A stretch of 64,000 bases of DNA, from the NCBI RefSeq assembly GCF_009914755.1, contig NC_060926.1. One strand, 5' to 3'. Under the pieces are notes generated by a model. It searched no databases and was not told the DNA's origin. It saw only the letters and a program-made list of their open reading frames with translations. Source of the stretch: the human T2T-CHM13v2.0 reference genome, Homo sapiens. The translations under genes were made by a program, and so were the position numbers. Position 1 is the stretch's first letter; every line of letters starts with the position of its first letter. This document shows positions 27,901 through 40,494 of this stretch, piece by piece.

Positions 27901-28173
27901 TCAATATTCAATTCACCCTTCTACAGAGGACCCCTAGATAGCCCATCAGTGGGACATAATAGAGGTGAAATCCTGCCTCTGTCTCCTTTGGACCTAGCTG
28001 GATACTGCTTTCACCAACATATAGAAACACCCTCCTGCCCTGACAGCTAGCAAGAGGCCAAGATTCACAGAACCATGACCACCGACCCTCTGTCAGCAGA
28101 AAGCAGTTACAGGAGACTGACCTTTATGAATTTTCCCCAAAGAATTGGAGTCTTGGACTCTTGACGCGAGAAA
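24927..28173 (+). mobile_element. Deleted ERV1 (MER4-group/MER50) internal region with gag, pro and env-tail remnants
   Basis: PBS-like tggtgccatgtgacttggat. Gag start MGNHIS...KLVFLCNTVW (~26532-26650). Two CCHC-like knuckles (~26870-26997). Protease-like PTPL.G..ILSKM (~27333-27373). Env tail QAIKLQM...FYRGPLD (~27855-27945). Confidence 0.8.
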
Positions 28174-28888
28174 TGTTACAGTGGGTAGTTAGTCAAGCAT
28201 GAGCAGGGCAGGAGAGGGCTCCGCCTGATTGGGAATGTCAGGTGACCATGAGGTGATGATCAGGTGGTTGTTAACTGTCTCTCTAAAATAATAATTGGTC
28301 ACAGGCAGCGCCAGGGAAAGGTGGTCTCCCTATACATAGAAAATCCTGAAACTGGAGATCAGCAGCTTCCTGTTAAGATCTCAGGAATTGGACAAGTGAG
28401 TTCAAGCATGTGCATTACAGGCAAAATAGTGAAATTTAACGGATAATGACCTTCTAGGAGCATTCAGCTGGTAAGGAAAGAATGCGTTAAGTGGGCATGT
28501 ATACAATTCCAGTAAACACGCTGCACATGCTCCCATCCCAAGCACTAGCAGACCACTGTGTGTGCAGACAGCCCACCTGAAGAGAAGATTTAGGGGAGAA
28601 AGGATGCAAGACCCTGGAAGTATGCCAACATATAAAACTCTAAGTCAAAAGTCAAACCGCACACTTCGCTTTCAAGTTGCCCACTTGGCCCTCTCCCAAG
28701 TGTACCTTCCTTCCTTTTGTTTCTGCTTAGAACTTTTGAAACTTTTACTCCTGATCTAAAACTCGTCTCAGTCTCTCCTGCCTTATGCCCCACTGTCCAA
28801 TTCTTTCTTCTGAGGAGGCAGGAACTGAGGTTGCTGCAGACCCATACAGATTCACTGGTGGTAACTCAGTTACCTGCCACTGGTAACA
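28174..28888 (+). mobile_element. MER50-type 3' LTR
   Basis: tgttacagtgggtagttagtcaagcatgagcaggg...ggtaaca; 4-bp flanks aatt/agtt. Confidence 0.88.
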
Positions 28889-29702
28889 AGTTGATCAAGG
28901 AGAAGAAAGAAACTGTCAACTTAATAAGAAGAAATTTGAAAATATACAGACAGAGAAGAAAAAAAGATTTAAAGGGAAAAAAGAAAGCTTATGAGAGTGT
29001 GTGACATCATCAAAAGATGAAATTGATGCATCACTGGCATTTAAAAGACAACAGAGAAAGATAAAGGGATAAAAAACTTATTTAAAGAAATAATAGCAGA
29101 AAACTTTCCAAATCTGGAGGAAGATATAAATATCTAGGTACAAAAAGTTAATAGAATTCTAATCACATTCAATCCAAAGAAAACTACCCACATGACATAT
29201 TGTAATCACACTTTCAAAGATTAAAGACAAAGAAAAAAACATGAAAGCATCAAGAGAAAGGAGACAAATGATATGGAAGAGAGTTTCAATATGTCTAGGA
29301 GGAGACTTGTCAGGGGAAACCTTACAGCCCAGGAGACAGTTGAATGATATATTCAAGGCACTGAGGAAAAAAAAATTGCATACTGGTAAAGCTATGCCCA
29401 ATGAAGCTGCCCTTCAGAAATGAAGGAGCTATAAAGAAAAACAAAAGCTGGAGTTCATTAGCAATGTATAGATCATCCACATAGAAAATTAACAAAGAAA
29501 CACTGAATTTAAATAGCAGCCTAGACATAATGGATCTAACAGATATTTATAGAACATTTCATCCTACAGTTGCATAATATACATTATTTTCAACTTCATA
29601 TGGAACACTCTTCAAAATACATCATATGCAAGGCCACAAAACAAGTTTTAACAAATTTAAGAAGATTGAAAATATACAGTAGTTTTTTCTAAATATAATG
29701 GT

Positions 29703-30199
29703 ATGGAAGGAAATTAAATTTTGGGGCCCCCAAACTCGTTTAGCCAAAGGGAAAAGTCAAGCTGGGAACTGGGCCATGAAAACCTGCCTCCCATTTTGAT
29801 TCCTAAATAAGATCACTAGAAGATGAAAGGCTACATGTCTCCTCCATATTTCGCCCACGAGTAAATTCCTAGTGAGCTGTTAAAACTCTGCCATGGCAAT
29901 GCAAATTGATAGCTTATCTTTACAGGTGCAGTCACCCCCTTCCCACCAGACACAAATGCATATCTAATTGTTCCCCTACCCCATTTTGTCTGTGTTATCA
30001 TATGTAAAATGCAGATTTCCCACATTTTTCCTCTGTCCCTTTGTTTATATGAAAACTGTGTGCTTTCCCTTTAAATTTGGAGCCCTCAAAATCATCTTTG
30101 GAGAAAAGCATAGACCTGTCTCCCAGGCATGTTCTTAACTTTGGCAAATCAATCTCTGAAAATGATTGAGAATTGTCTCGTCATTTTCCCCTGTTGACA
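29703..30199 (+). mobile_element. MER4A-type ERV1 solo LTR
   Basis: agccaaagggaaaagtcaagctgggaactggg, ccagacacaaatgcatatct, end tgttgaca. Confidence 0.8.
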
Positions 30200-31902
30200 T
30201 CAGCATAAACTAGAAATGACCAACAGGAGAAATTTTGGAAATATTAAAAATACCTGAAAATTAAACAATATGCTGCCAAATAACCAATTGGTCAATAGTG
30301 AAATAAAAATAAAATTTTTTAAAATTTCTTTAAACAAACAAAAATGAACACACAATGTATCAAAATCTATGGGATACAGCAAAAGCAGTTATATGAGGGA
30401 AGTTTACAGCAATAGATGCCTGAATCAGAAAACAAGGAAGTTCTCTAAACAACCTAACATTTCACCTCAAGAACTAGAAAGAACAAACTCAACCCAAAAT
30501 TTGTAGAAGTAAAGAAATAATAAAAGAGCAGAAATAAATAAAATAGAGACTAGAAAAACAATACAAAAGACCAAAAAAAGAGATGGTTTATGAAAATTAA
30601 GCAAAACTGACAATCATTTAGCAAGATTAATTTTTAAAGAGAGAGAGAGAGAAGACTCAAAAAATAAAATCAGGATCAAAAATTACATTACAATTGATAC
30701 CACAATAATACAAAAGATTGTAAGAGACTATTACAAACAATAATGTCAACCAATTGGATAGCCTAGAAGAAATGGATTAATGCCTGGATATATACAACCT
30801 ACCAAAATTGAATTCTTAAAAAAATGAAATCTGGCCTGAACAGACCAATAAGTAAGGAAATTGAATCACTAATAAAAATTCAGATGTTTTCACTGCTAAA
30901 CTCTACCAAACTTTTTTCAAAAACTAATACCAATTTTTCTCAAATTTCTCCAAAATATTGAAGAGAATACTTCCACACTCATTCTACAAGGTCAGTATTG
31001 CCCAGATACCAAAACCAGACATGAACACAACAAAGAAGAAAACTACAGGCCAGTATCCCTGATGAATGTATATGCATAACTTTTCAACAAAATTATGCAG
31101 TAATTAAGAAGATTGAAATTATATAGCATCTTTTTGGAAGATACTATATAACTGGAATTATACAGGATTTAACTAAAGAAGTGAAGGCGCTGTACTTTAT
31201 AAAACATGGATGAAAGAAGTTAAAGAAGACATAATTAAATAAAAAACACCCCATGTTCAGCAATTATAGGAATAAATATTAAAATGTCTATACTACTCAA
31301 AATAATCGAAAGATTTAATGCAATTTCTACCAAAATACCAATGGCATTATTCACTAAAATAGATTTTTTTTAACTTTTATGAAAACACAAAATACCCTGA
31401 ATAGTCAAAGCAGTTTTGAGCAAAAAGGAGCAAGGTAGAAACATCACATTACCTAAATTTAAAATATACTACATGGTAGAAAAGGAATTTGAGGAGATAT
31501 TTAAAAAAATAGAATAAAATAAATAAAATGTACTGAAAAGCTATACCCCAAAATAACATTAAACTGGCATAAAAACAGACACATAGATCAATGGAACAGA
31601 ATAGAGAGCCCAGAGATCAATGCATACATTTACGGCTAACTGATTTTTGACAAAGTAGACAAGAACACATAATGGTGAAAAGAGGTCTCTTCAATAAGTA
31701 GTGTTGAAACAAATGTATATCCACATGCAGAAGAATAAAATTAGACCTTTATCTCTCACCATACGCAAAGTCAACTCAAAGTACATTAAAGACTCAAATG
31801 TAAGATCTGAAATTATGAAACTGCTGGAAGAAAACATAGGGGAGAAGCTCCATGACACTGGTTTGGAACCATCAAGAAACAATACCATTTAGAGTAGTTA
31901 CA

Positions 31903-31948
<46 letters not shown>

Positions 31949-33218
31949 AATACTTTGGAATAAATTTAAAGAGGTGGAAAACCTCTGCATTAAAAACTAT
32001 GAAACATTAATAAAAAAAGTTAAAGAAGACACAAATGAATCAAAAGATATCCCATGTTCAGTGATTCATTTTTATATCCAACATCTAAAAATAACATCCA
32101 ATTTTTTTGGATATAACCTCAAAAGCATACTCAACACAAACAAAAATATATAAATTGAATTATATCAAACAAAAAAGGTTATTCAGCAAAATAACCAATC
32201 AACATAGCAGAAAAATAACCTACAGAATGATAGAAAATATTTAGAAACTATATATCTGATAAGAGGGTTATATCCAAAATTTATAAGGAATTCAAATGAC
32301 TCCATGGCAATACAACAAATAACCCAATTTAAAAATAGCAAAAGACCTAAAAGGGTATTTTTCAATAGGTATATGAAAAAAGTGGCCATTAGGTATATGA
32401 AAAAAAAAGTTCAACATGACTAATCATCAGGAAAATGAAATTAAAACCACAATGAGACATTACCTCACTCTGGTTTGAATGGCTATTATCAAAAAGAAAA
32501 AAGATAAGTGTTGATGAGCATGTGGACAAAGGGGACACCATTGATGGGAATGTAAATTAGTACAACTATCATGAAAAACAATATGGAGTTCCTTCAAAAT
32601 TCTAAAAATAGAACTACTGTACTATACAACCACTGCTACTGGCTATATACACAAAGGAAATGAAATCAGGATGTCAGAGATTTCTGCACTGCCATACTTA
32701 CTGCAGGACCATTCACAGAAGCCAAGATGTGGAATCAGCCTAAGTGTTCATCAACAGATGAATGAATAAAGAAAATGTGGTACATATACCCAAAGGAATA
32801 TTATTCAGCCACAGAAAAAAGAAAGAAAAAAAACCCTGTAATTTGTTACAACATGGATAGACCTGGAGGACCTTATGTTAAATAAAATGAGCCAGACACA
32901 GAAAGACAAATACTCCATAATCTTCTTCATGTGGAATCTAAAAAAGTTGACCTCAAAGAAGTAGAGAATAGAATGGTGATTATCAGAGGCTAGGTAGGTG
33001 GGTAGAGAGGTGTGGAAATGTTGGTCAAAGGATTTATAATTACAATTAGAATAATTTTAAAAGATCTATGTTACACCACTGTGTCTATAGAAAATGACCT
33101 TTTATTGTATTCTTGAAAAATTTAGACAGTTGATGGTACATGTTCTCACCACAAAAATAACTATATGAAGTAATGCATTTGTCAATTAGCTAGATTTAGT
33201 CACTCCAAAATGTACATA

Positions 33219-33558
33219 CTGTTGGCCCTCTGGATCCTTGAGTTTTATATCTGTGCATTCAAGCAATTGGATGGAAATATTTAGAAAACAAACATGGATG
33301 GATATGCCTATACTAAACATGTATAGCCATATTTTGTCATTATTTTCCAAAGAATACTGTATACTAACTACTTACAAAGCATTTACATGGTAATAGGTAT
33401 TATAATTAATCAAGCGATGATTTAAAGTATATGAGAGGATGTGAATGGGTTATATGCAAATACTATGTCATTTTGTATAAGGGATTTGATCATGCATGAA
33501 TTTTGGTATCTGTAAGAGATCTTAAAACCAATTCTCCATAGATACCAAGATACAACTG
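33219..33558 (+). mobile_element. MER2 (Tigger-derived MITE)
   Basis: ctgttggccctctggatcc...gataccaagatacaactg with TA flanks. Confidence 0.8.
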
Positions 33559-33649
33559 TATACGTCAAAGCATCATGCTGTACACAATAAATACTTATCT
33601 GTCAATTTTTTCTGAAGTTAAACAAACTTTTAAAAGAAATGTGGGGATA

Positions 33650-34328
<679 letters not shown>

Positions 34329-34334
34329 TGAATT

Positions 34335-34605
34335 ATTTTAACAGTTTTATTGAGATGTAATTTGCATATTATATTATTCACTCATTTAAAATACGCAATC
34401 TGATGGCTTTTAGTATATTCACAGAGATACGCAACCACCACCAAAATCAATTTTAAAGCTTTTTCATCATTCAATGAAGAAATTCCATAACGATTAGTAG
34501 GCATTCACCATTTCTCTCTCCACCCCTCCTATCTTCTCCTTGCCTCCCCATCCCACACCAGACCCTCTAGCCTCAGGCAATCACTTGTCTAGTTTCTATT
34601 TATAT
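34335..34605 (-). mobile_element. L1MB 3' terminus fragment
   Basis: acagttttattgagatgtaatt...ttttagtatattcacagag. Confidence 0.7.
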
Positions 34606-35018
34606 CAGAAATTGATAGTATATAATCATTTTCCTGTAAAGGGACAATGAAAGAAAATATGACAAAAATAATAGTAGAAAAATATAGATTTATGTTAGAA
34701 ATTTCCTAAATACTATATTTTTATTCTGAATTTTATGATTATGGTATGTATTTAAATTTATTTTCTCATTACATATAAATATCTTATTAATTTTATATTG
34801 ATTTCCTTAAAGCAGCGTTCATCAAAATCATATATACTTGAGGCTTCAATGCATAGAATGAGATAATTCTCATAAAATTAATCAGATTTTCAATGTGTAA
34901 ATAATATAATTCATAATAAAAATAAGAATACTTACTTAGCAAAATTATCAAAATTCTTTAGCTCAGTAGTAGTATAAATACAAGCTGAAAAACATTCAAT
35001 ATATTGATCAAATTAACC

Positions 35019-35022
<4 letters not shown>

Positions 35023-35070
<48 letters not shown>
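35023..35070. repeat. (TA)n microsatellite
   Basis: About 24 perfect TA units. Confidence 0.97.
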
Positions 35071-35072
<2 letters not shown>

Positions 35073-35779
35073 TGTTATTTCTCATACATTTTTAGAATAA
35101 GTAATAACTGGTATAAAATTTTCTGGAAATAAATATATCCATACATATGAAAAGCCTTAAAGTATTCCTACTCTTCAGTCTACTAATGGTACTTCTGTGA
35201 ATGTTTCCTGTCTGGGAAAAATACCATATGTTACTCAATTACTTTATAATTACAATAATAAAGGAGACCATAACCATAAATACCCAACATAGGAAAACAG
35301 GGAATTCTGTTTTTAAAAATATTAGCTGGAAAATTAAAATGTAAAAGAATGTCTACCAACTTATGAAACTTCTGATTTTCTCAAGTTAAATGATAACATC
35401 AAGACTTAGAGGGTATGATCATAACACTTTATAAGACAAAATTCATACCTTAAAAATGAAATATAAATATAAATATGAATAGTGTTTGTCTCTGGTTAAT
35501 CATGTTCTTGCTTCATTGTCCTCCTTCCTCTTGTCTTCCCAGTCTCCTTCCTCCTATTCTTTCCTTTCTCTTTCTTCCTTACATTTCTCTTCTCTCCCTC
35601 CTCCCTCTCTATCATTTGTTCTGTTGTTCAGAATTTTTGAAATTTTCTGTAGTAAAATAGCACTATATTATTCACTTTAGTTCTTAGTATTTTAAAGCCT
35701 GGGACATATTCTGTAATGAGAATGCATGCACAAATCACAGGAAACTGTAGCAATGCTCTCAGTATATGGAAAAACATGG

Positions 35780-35930
35780 TAGACTAGAGCTTTCAATCCA
35801 CCTCTATTTCTAATTAGTTGTATCACTTTGGACAAGTTATTTAAACTCAGAGATTTCTGTTTTATCCTCTGCAAGGAGCCATAAAACATCGTGTTTTTTA
35901 AAGCTCAAATCAAATAATGCATAAAAAATT
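35780..35930 (+). mobile_element. MIR fragment
   Basis: ctttggacaagttatttaaactcagagatttctgttttatcctctgcaa is MIR core. Confidence 0.6.
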
Positions 35931-36899
35931 TAAAGAGAAAAAATGTAAATTTCTGCACTTTCTTTACTTACTTTGTGGCTTGATAAAGCCTTTCTTTGAA
36001 AAAGCAATCTAAATATTAGAAAACACTGAAGAACAAAAAAGACAAGATACAAAGAAAGAATACTTGTAAGATATATTTTGAAATAAAGAGGATACCTCTC
36101 AAGTAAGAGTTGCCAGAGAAGAGGGCAACCTTTTCCAAGGGAAATCAAGTTTAATAGATGCATTCTCCTTGCTAACCACAAAGAACTTCTTGTGAAAGAG
36201 GCAGAGAGAAAGCTACGCCCTCTAGTTTCCCCATCATATGTTTGGTGTCCCCATCACATGTTTGGTATCCCCAGCTGCGGCCACCGCTAACAGCAAGACC
36301 TGAGATTATCACCCAATACCAGGACACGGGGCACACAGAATGTAGTGCTGAGGGTAAGAGTTTTATTCCATCTTTGGCATCCAGATTCTAGTCACTTGAC
36401 ACTTCCCCAAAGACGTCAGCAGAGCATCTGCTCTGTGACAGCATGGGCAGCTTGACATTTCTTCTGAGGAATGAACTATCAGGGCTCTTGGAAGGCATGA
36501 CAGAGCCCAGCAGGAAGCCTCACAGTTTTGGGCTCCTTCACAAACTGCCTCCCAAATGTCATGGATACTGTTACATTTATATTTTTTTCTCTTTATAATT
36601 AACTGAAGGGGTAAACCACAGCCTGTATCTGATGCCAAAACTGTTCAAGGCATGGTTCCTAGGATTCCACATTTACCGTGAGCAAAGGATGAGTGAAAAC
36701 TTTCTTTACTAAGTATGTACATTTGGTGCAGACCTCAAGAGTGGACATGGTCCAGACAGAGTTGATTATCTGTTTTAATCACATTTTTTCACTACCCAGA
36801 AAGGTTTAAATGCCCCTGACAAACATTTAAAACCATGCATCAATGTAGAATTGAAAAATAAAATTATGAAATAATGAAAAATAAATCTGCCTTTGACTT

Positions 36900-38555
36900 T
36901 GGATTTCCAGGATTCACTGCAAAGTTAACTAGTACCACCAGGTTTTTATATATTTTTTAATCAGCACGTACAGATTTATAGCATTCTTTTCTTAATGAAT
37001 GCTTCATATTTCATTTCTTGAAGATAATTTTTTAAAAAAATTCTATATTGCTTGGTATTTATGTTATATCTAATACTATATTGATAAAGCTGCTACAATG
37101 AATATCCTCAAATATTCATAGAAAGGCAGTTAAATTTGATTAAGAGCCTGGAGTGTGAAGTCAGACTAGGACCAAATTTCAGCCAAAAAAAAAACAAAAC
37201 CTAATTTTAATCTTGGGCAAGTTGCTTTACCTATATTTGTTGTATTTATATCACAAATGAAATGGGATAATAAAAGGGCTGGCTTCATAGGGTTTGGGGA
37301 GGATAAACTGCTTTTATGGTTATACGCACATGCAGAATAGCTAGGCCAATACAGATAGGGATTATGAAAGGTATCCCATATTTCCATTCCCACCAATAGA
37401 ATATAAAAGAGTTGGTTTTCATTCACCCTCAGTAACAGATTATGCTAACATGTAAGCAACCTTTGCTGTTCTGATAGAATGAAAATTGCATCGTTTTAAA
37501 TTTTATTAATTATGAGAAACAAATGTATTAATATGTTCATATACCATTTTTATTGATTCTCCAGTGAACTCTCTACATTTATTTCCCTTTACAAATTTTC
37601 CTTTTGTGTTGCTGATAATTTTCATGCTGATTCATAGAAGTGTTCTATAGCTTAATGAACTTAACTTCTGGTCAATAATATACAATACCAGGAAAGTATA
37701 TTTCCCTCAGATAGTTGATTATATGTTAACTTTTGTTCTCACATTTGTATCAGGTTAAGACCTTTAAAAATTATCTATTTAATAATATCAAATCAGATTT
37801 GTTGATATTTTTATGACTTCTGGGTTTTTCATCTTTAATAAGGCCTTTCACCCACCTGTAGTAGAATGGAACAGAGGGCCTAAGGGGAAAATCACCTGTG
37901 TGAACATTCAATTTGTTTTTAGAGATGCTTCTAAAGATCAGTGGAAAAAGAACTATTTTTCCAGGGAGATGATTGGATCTCCATATGAAAAAAAGTGATG
38001 TTTAGCCACTTTGTCACAGCACACACAAAATCAAATCCTGCCAGATTAAATATTTGTGTGTTAAAGTCAAACCTTTCAAAAGATTATAAAGGATAATATC
38101 CTCATGATATTTGGGGTAGGAAAAAAATTAAGGGAAACCGAAAACCAATAACCATCCAAGAAAGATGGATACATTTTACTACCAAAAATAAGAACTTATC
38201 TTCATTGAAAGATAGAATTAAGAAAACAAAAAATCAAGCCACTGAGTAGGGGATGGTAATTAGTACTCATGTAACCGGAAAAGTTTTATATTCAGATTAT
38301 ACAAAAATGGCTTTATATCAATAAAAGCAAAGCTATTCAAATGTAGGTGAGAAGTTTTAACAGGAACTCTCCAAAAGAAGATATCCAAATGGCTAATATG
38401 AAAATGTGTGAAGCCTCGTTAGTAATCAAAGAAATGCAAATTAAATCAAAATAAAATGTCACTGCATATCTACCACAAAAGACTGACAATACCAAATGTG
38501 GTGAGAATGTGGAACACATTGCTGGTAGAAATGTACCACATTGACAAACTGGCAT
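36900..38555. mobile_element. Old L1ME fragments in both orientations with a MIR at ~37115-37345
   Basis: Reverse L1 3' motifs at 36900-37855; forward motifs (aaagaagatatccaaatggc, aaatgtggtgagaatgtgg) at 37860-38555. Confidence 0.6.
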
Positions 38556-38559
38556 TATC

Positions 38560-39800
38560 AAGTGAAAAATGATGGTAGCTCGAACCAGAGTGGGCAGTGG
38601 GGGCGGTCAAAGGCAGTCAAATTCTGCATGCATTTTAAGAGGACAGGCAATCGTTTTGCTGTTGTAGTACCTGTGGTGAGGGAGCAAAACAGTAGAGTCA
38701 AGAATAATTCCATTCTATCTGATCTGAATTAATAGATAGATGAGGTTGTCGTCAATTTGTGCAGGAAAGGCTGCAGAAAAACCTTGATTTTTCACGCAGG
38801 AGAGGATGGTTCAGTAGGTCAGTTTTTTGCCATGTTAATCTGAAATGCCAGCTTTAAATCCAAGTGATGTCAGGTAGGCAGGCGTGTATATGAGTCTGGC
38901 ATTCAGAGAAAAGGTCTAGGCTGGGAAAATATCCTTGGAAGTCCTCAGTGAAGAGAAAGTATTCAAATTATGTAACTGGAAGGCAATGAACACAGATAAT
39001 GAAGAGAGTATATCAAAAGACTGATCATTGGCATTAGAATGTTTGTGGAAGAACCATCCAAGGAGGTTGAGGAGTGGCAGGGAGTTAGGAGGGAAAGCAG
39101 GAGATTGTGGTGACCTGAAAACCAAGTAGAAAAAAAAAATGTTTTTATAAGCAGACAGTAAGTAACTGTTACATGCTGTTGATAGGCCTAGCAAGCGGAG
39201 ACATGAGAATTAATTATTGGATTTAACCAGGTGGAGGTCATTGGTGACCTTGAAATGAGCATTTTCAGGAGCCTGGTGAAATTGAAATTCTGAATGAAGT
39301 GAGTTCAGCATAGGCTAAGAGTGGAGAAATCAGTAGTAGTGAATATAGACAACACCATAGAACAGTTTTGCTCCAAGGGAAAGGAAAGCGAAGAGCAATA
39401 GCAAGAGAGGGAAGTAGGGTACAGAGACCAGATTAAGTGTGCACTCATAGTAGAGCTCTAGCAGAGAGATAAATGTTAATGATACAAAAGATGACTGATA
39501 CAATTATTGGCACAATATACTATACTGAGGAAGAGGAGATGAAATCTCATGTGCAAACTGACAAACCTCTGTTAGCAGAAGTAATGCATTTATGATAACA
39601 GGAGAGAAGACGATCATTGGGCACACGGCTGTGTAGACAGGTGTCAGATGTAAAGATAGAAGTTCATGAAATGTTTTTTCTAATCAGTTCTATTTTGTCA
39701 CTAAAATAGGAAGGCCACCCCCTGTACAAAGAAAAAGAGGAGAAGGGTATGGAGATTTTAGGAGAGAGAAAATGATATGGAAATAATCTTCCAGAAGAAT
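38560..39800 (-). mobile_element. L2 fragment
   Basis: tggaggtcattggtgaccttga, gtgaatatagacaac, agagaaaaggtctaggctgg. Confidence 0.75.
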
Positions 39801-40151
39801 GGGGGAATTAATGGGCATGGGAGTTGTTACAAGAGGGCCAGGAAGCTTTAAAATACAAATTCGCATAGATTTTTATGTAAGTATTCTAGGTAATGTAACT
39901 TTTAAAATCAGAAAACAGTACCTTTCTGATGCTAATAAAATTTATCATGTTGTGAGAATTCTTGAGGAAGCAAATAAATACGTTCATTGTCTTTAGCATG
40001 CTTATAACACTCTGCCTCCTCTAAGATGGTTTCCTTGGAAAGCCAAATAATTATTTTCATTGTTTCATTATTGATAAAAATAGATTTGATTCGTCCTTTA
40101 GATATTTACTCATAACATACATATTCAACTACACAAAGAAATGTCATGTTA

Positions 40152-40494
<343 letters not shown>

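Larger units (their letters stand above)
23992..33630 (+). mobile_element. L1MA-type LINE (ORF1 to 3' end) hosting the MER50 provirus, a MER4 LTR and MER2
   Basis: ORF1 reads through the provirus site (cagaagaatt|agttgatcaag). ORF2 motifs and the L1MA 3'UTR (tgttctcaccacaaaaataactat) follow. Confidence 0.85.

Noticed and set aside
37350-38555. Apparent twin-priming L1 inversion at ~37860
   Set aside because: The two arms overlap in L1 consensus coordinates and show no shared private variants, so they are more likely two separate old elements.
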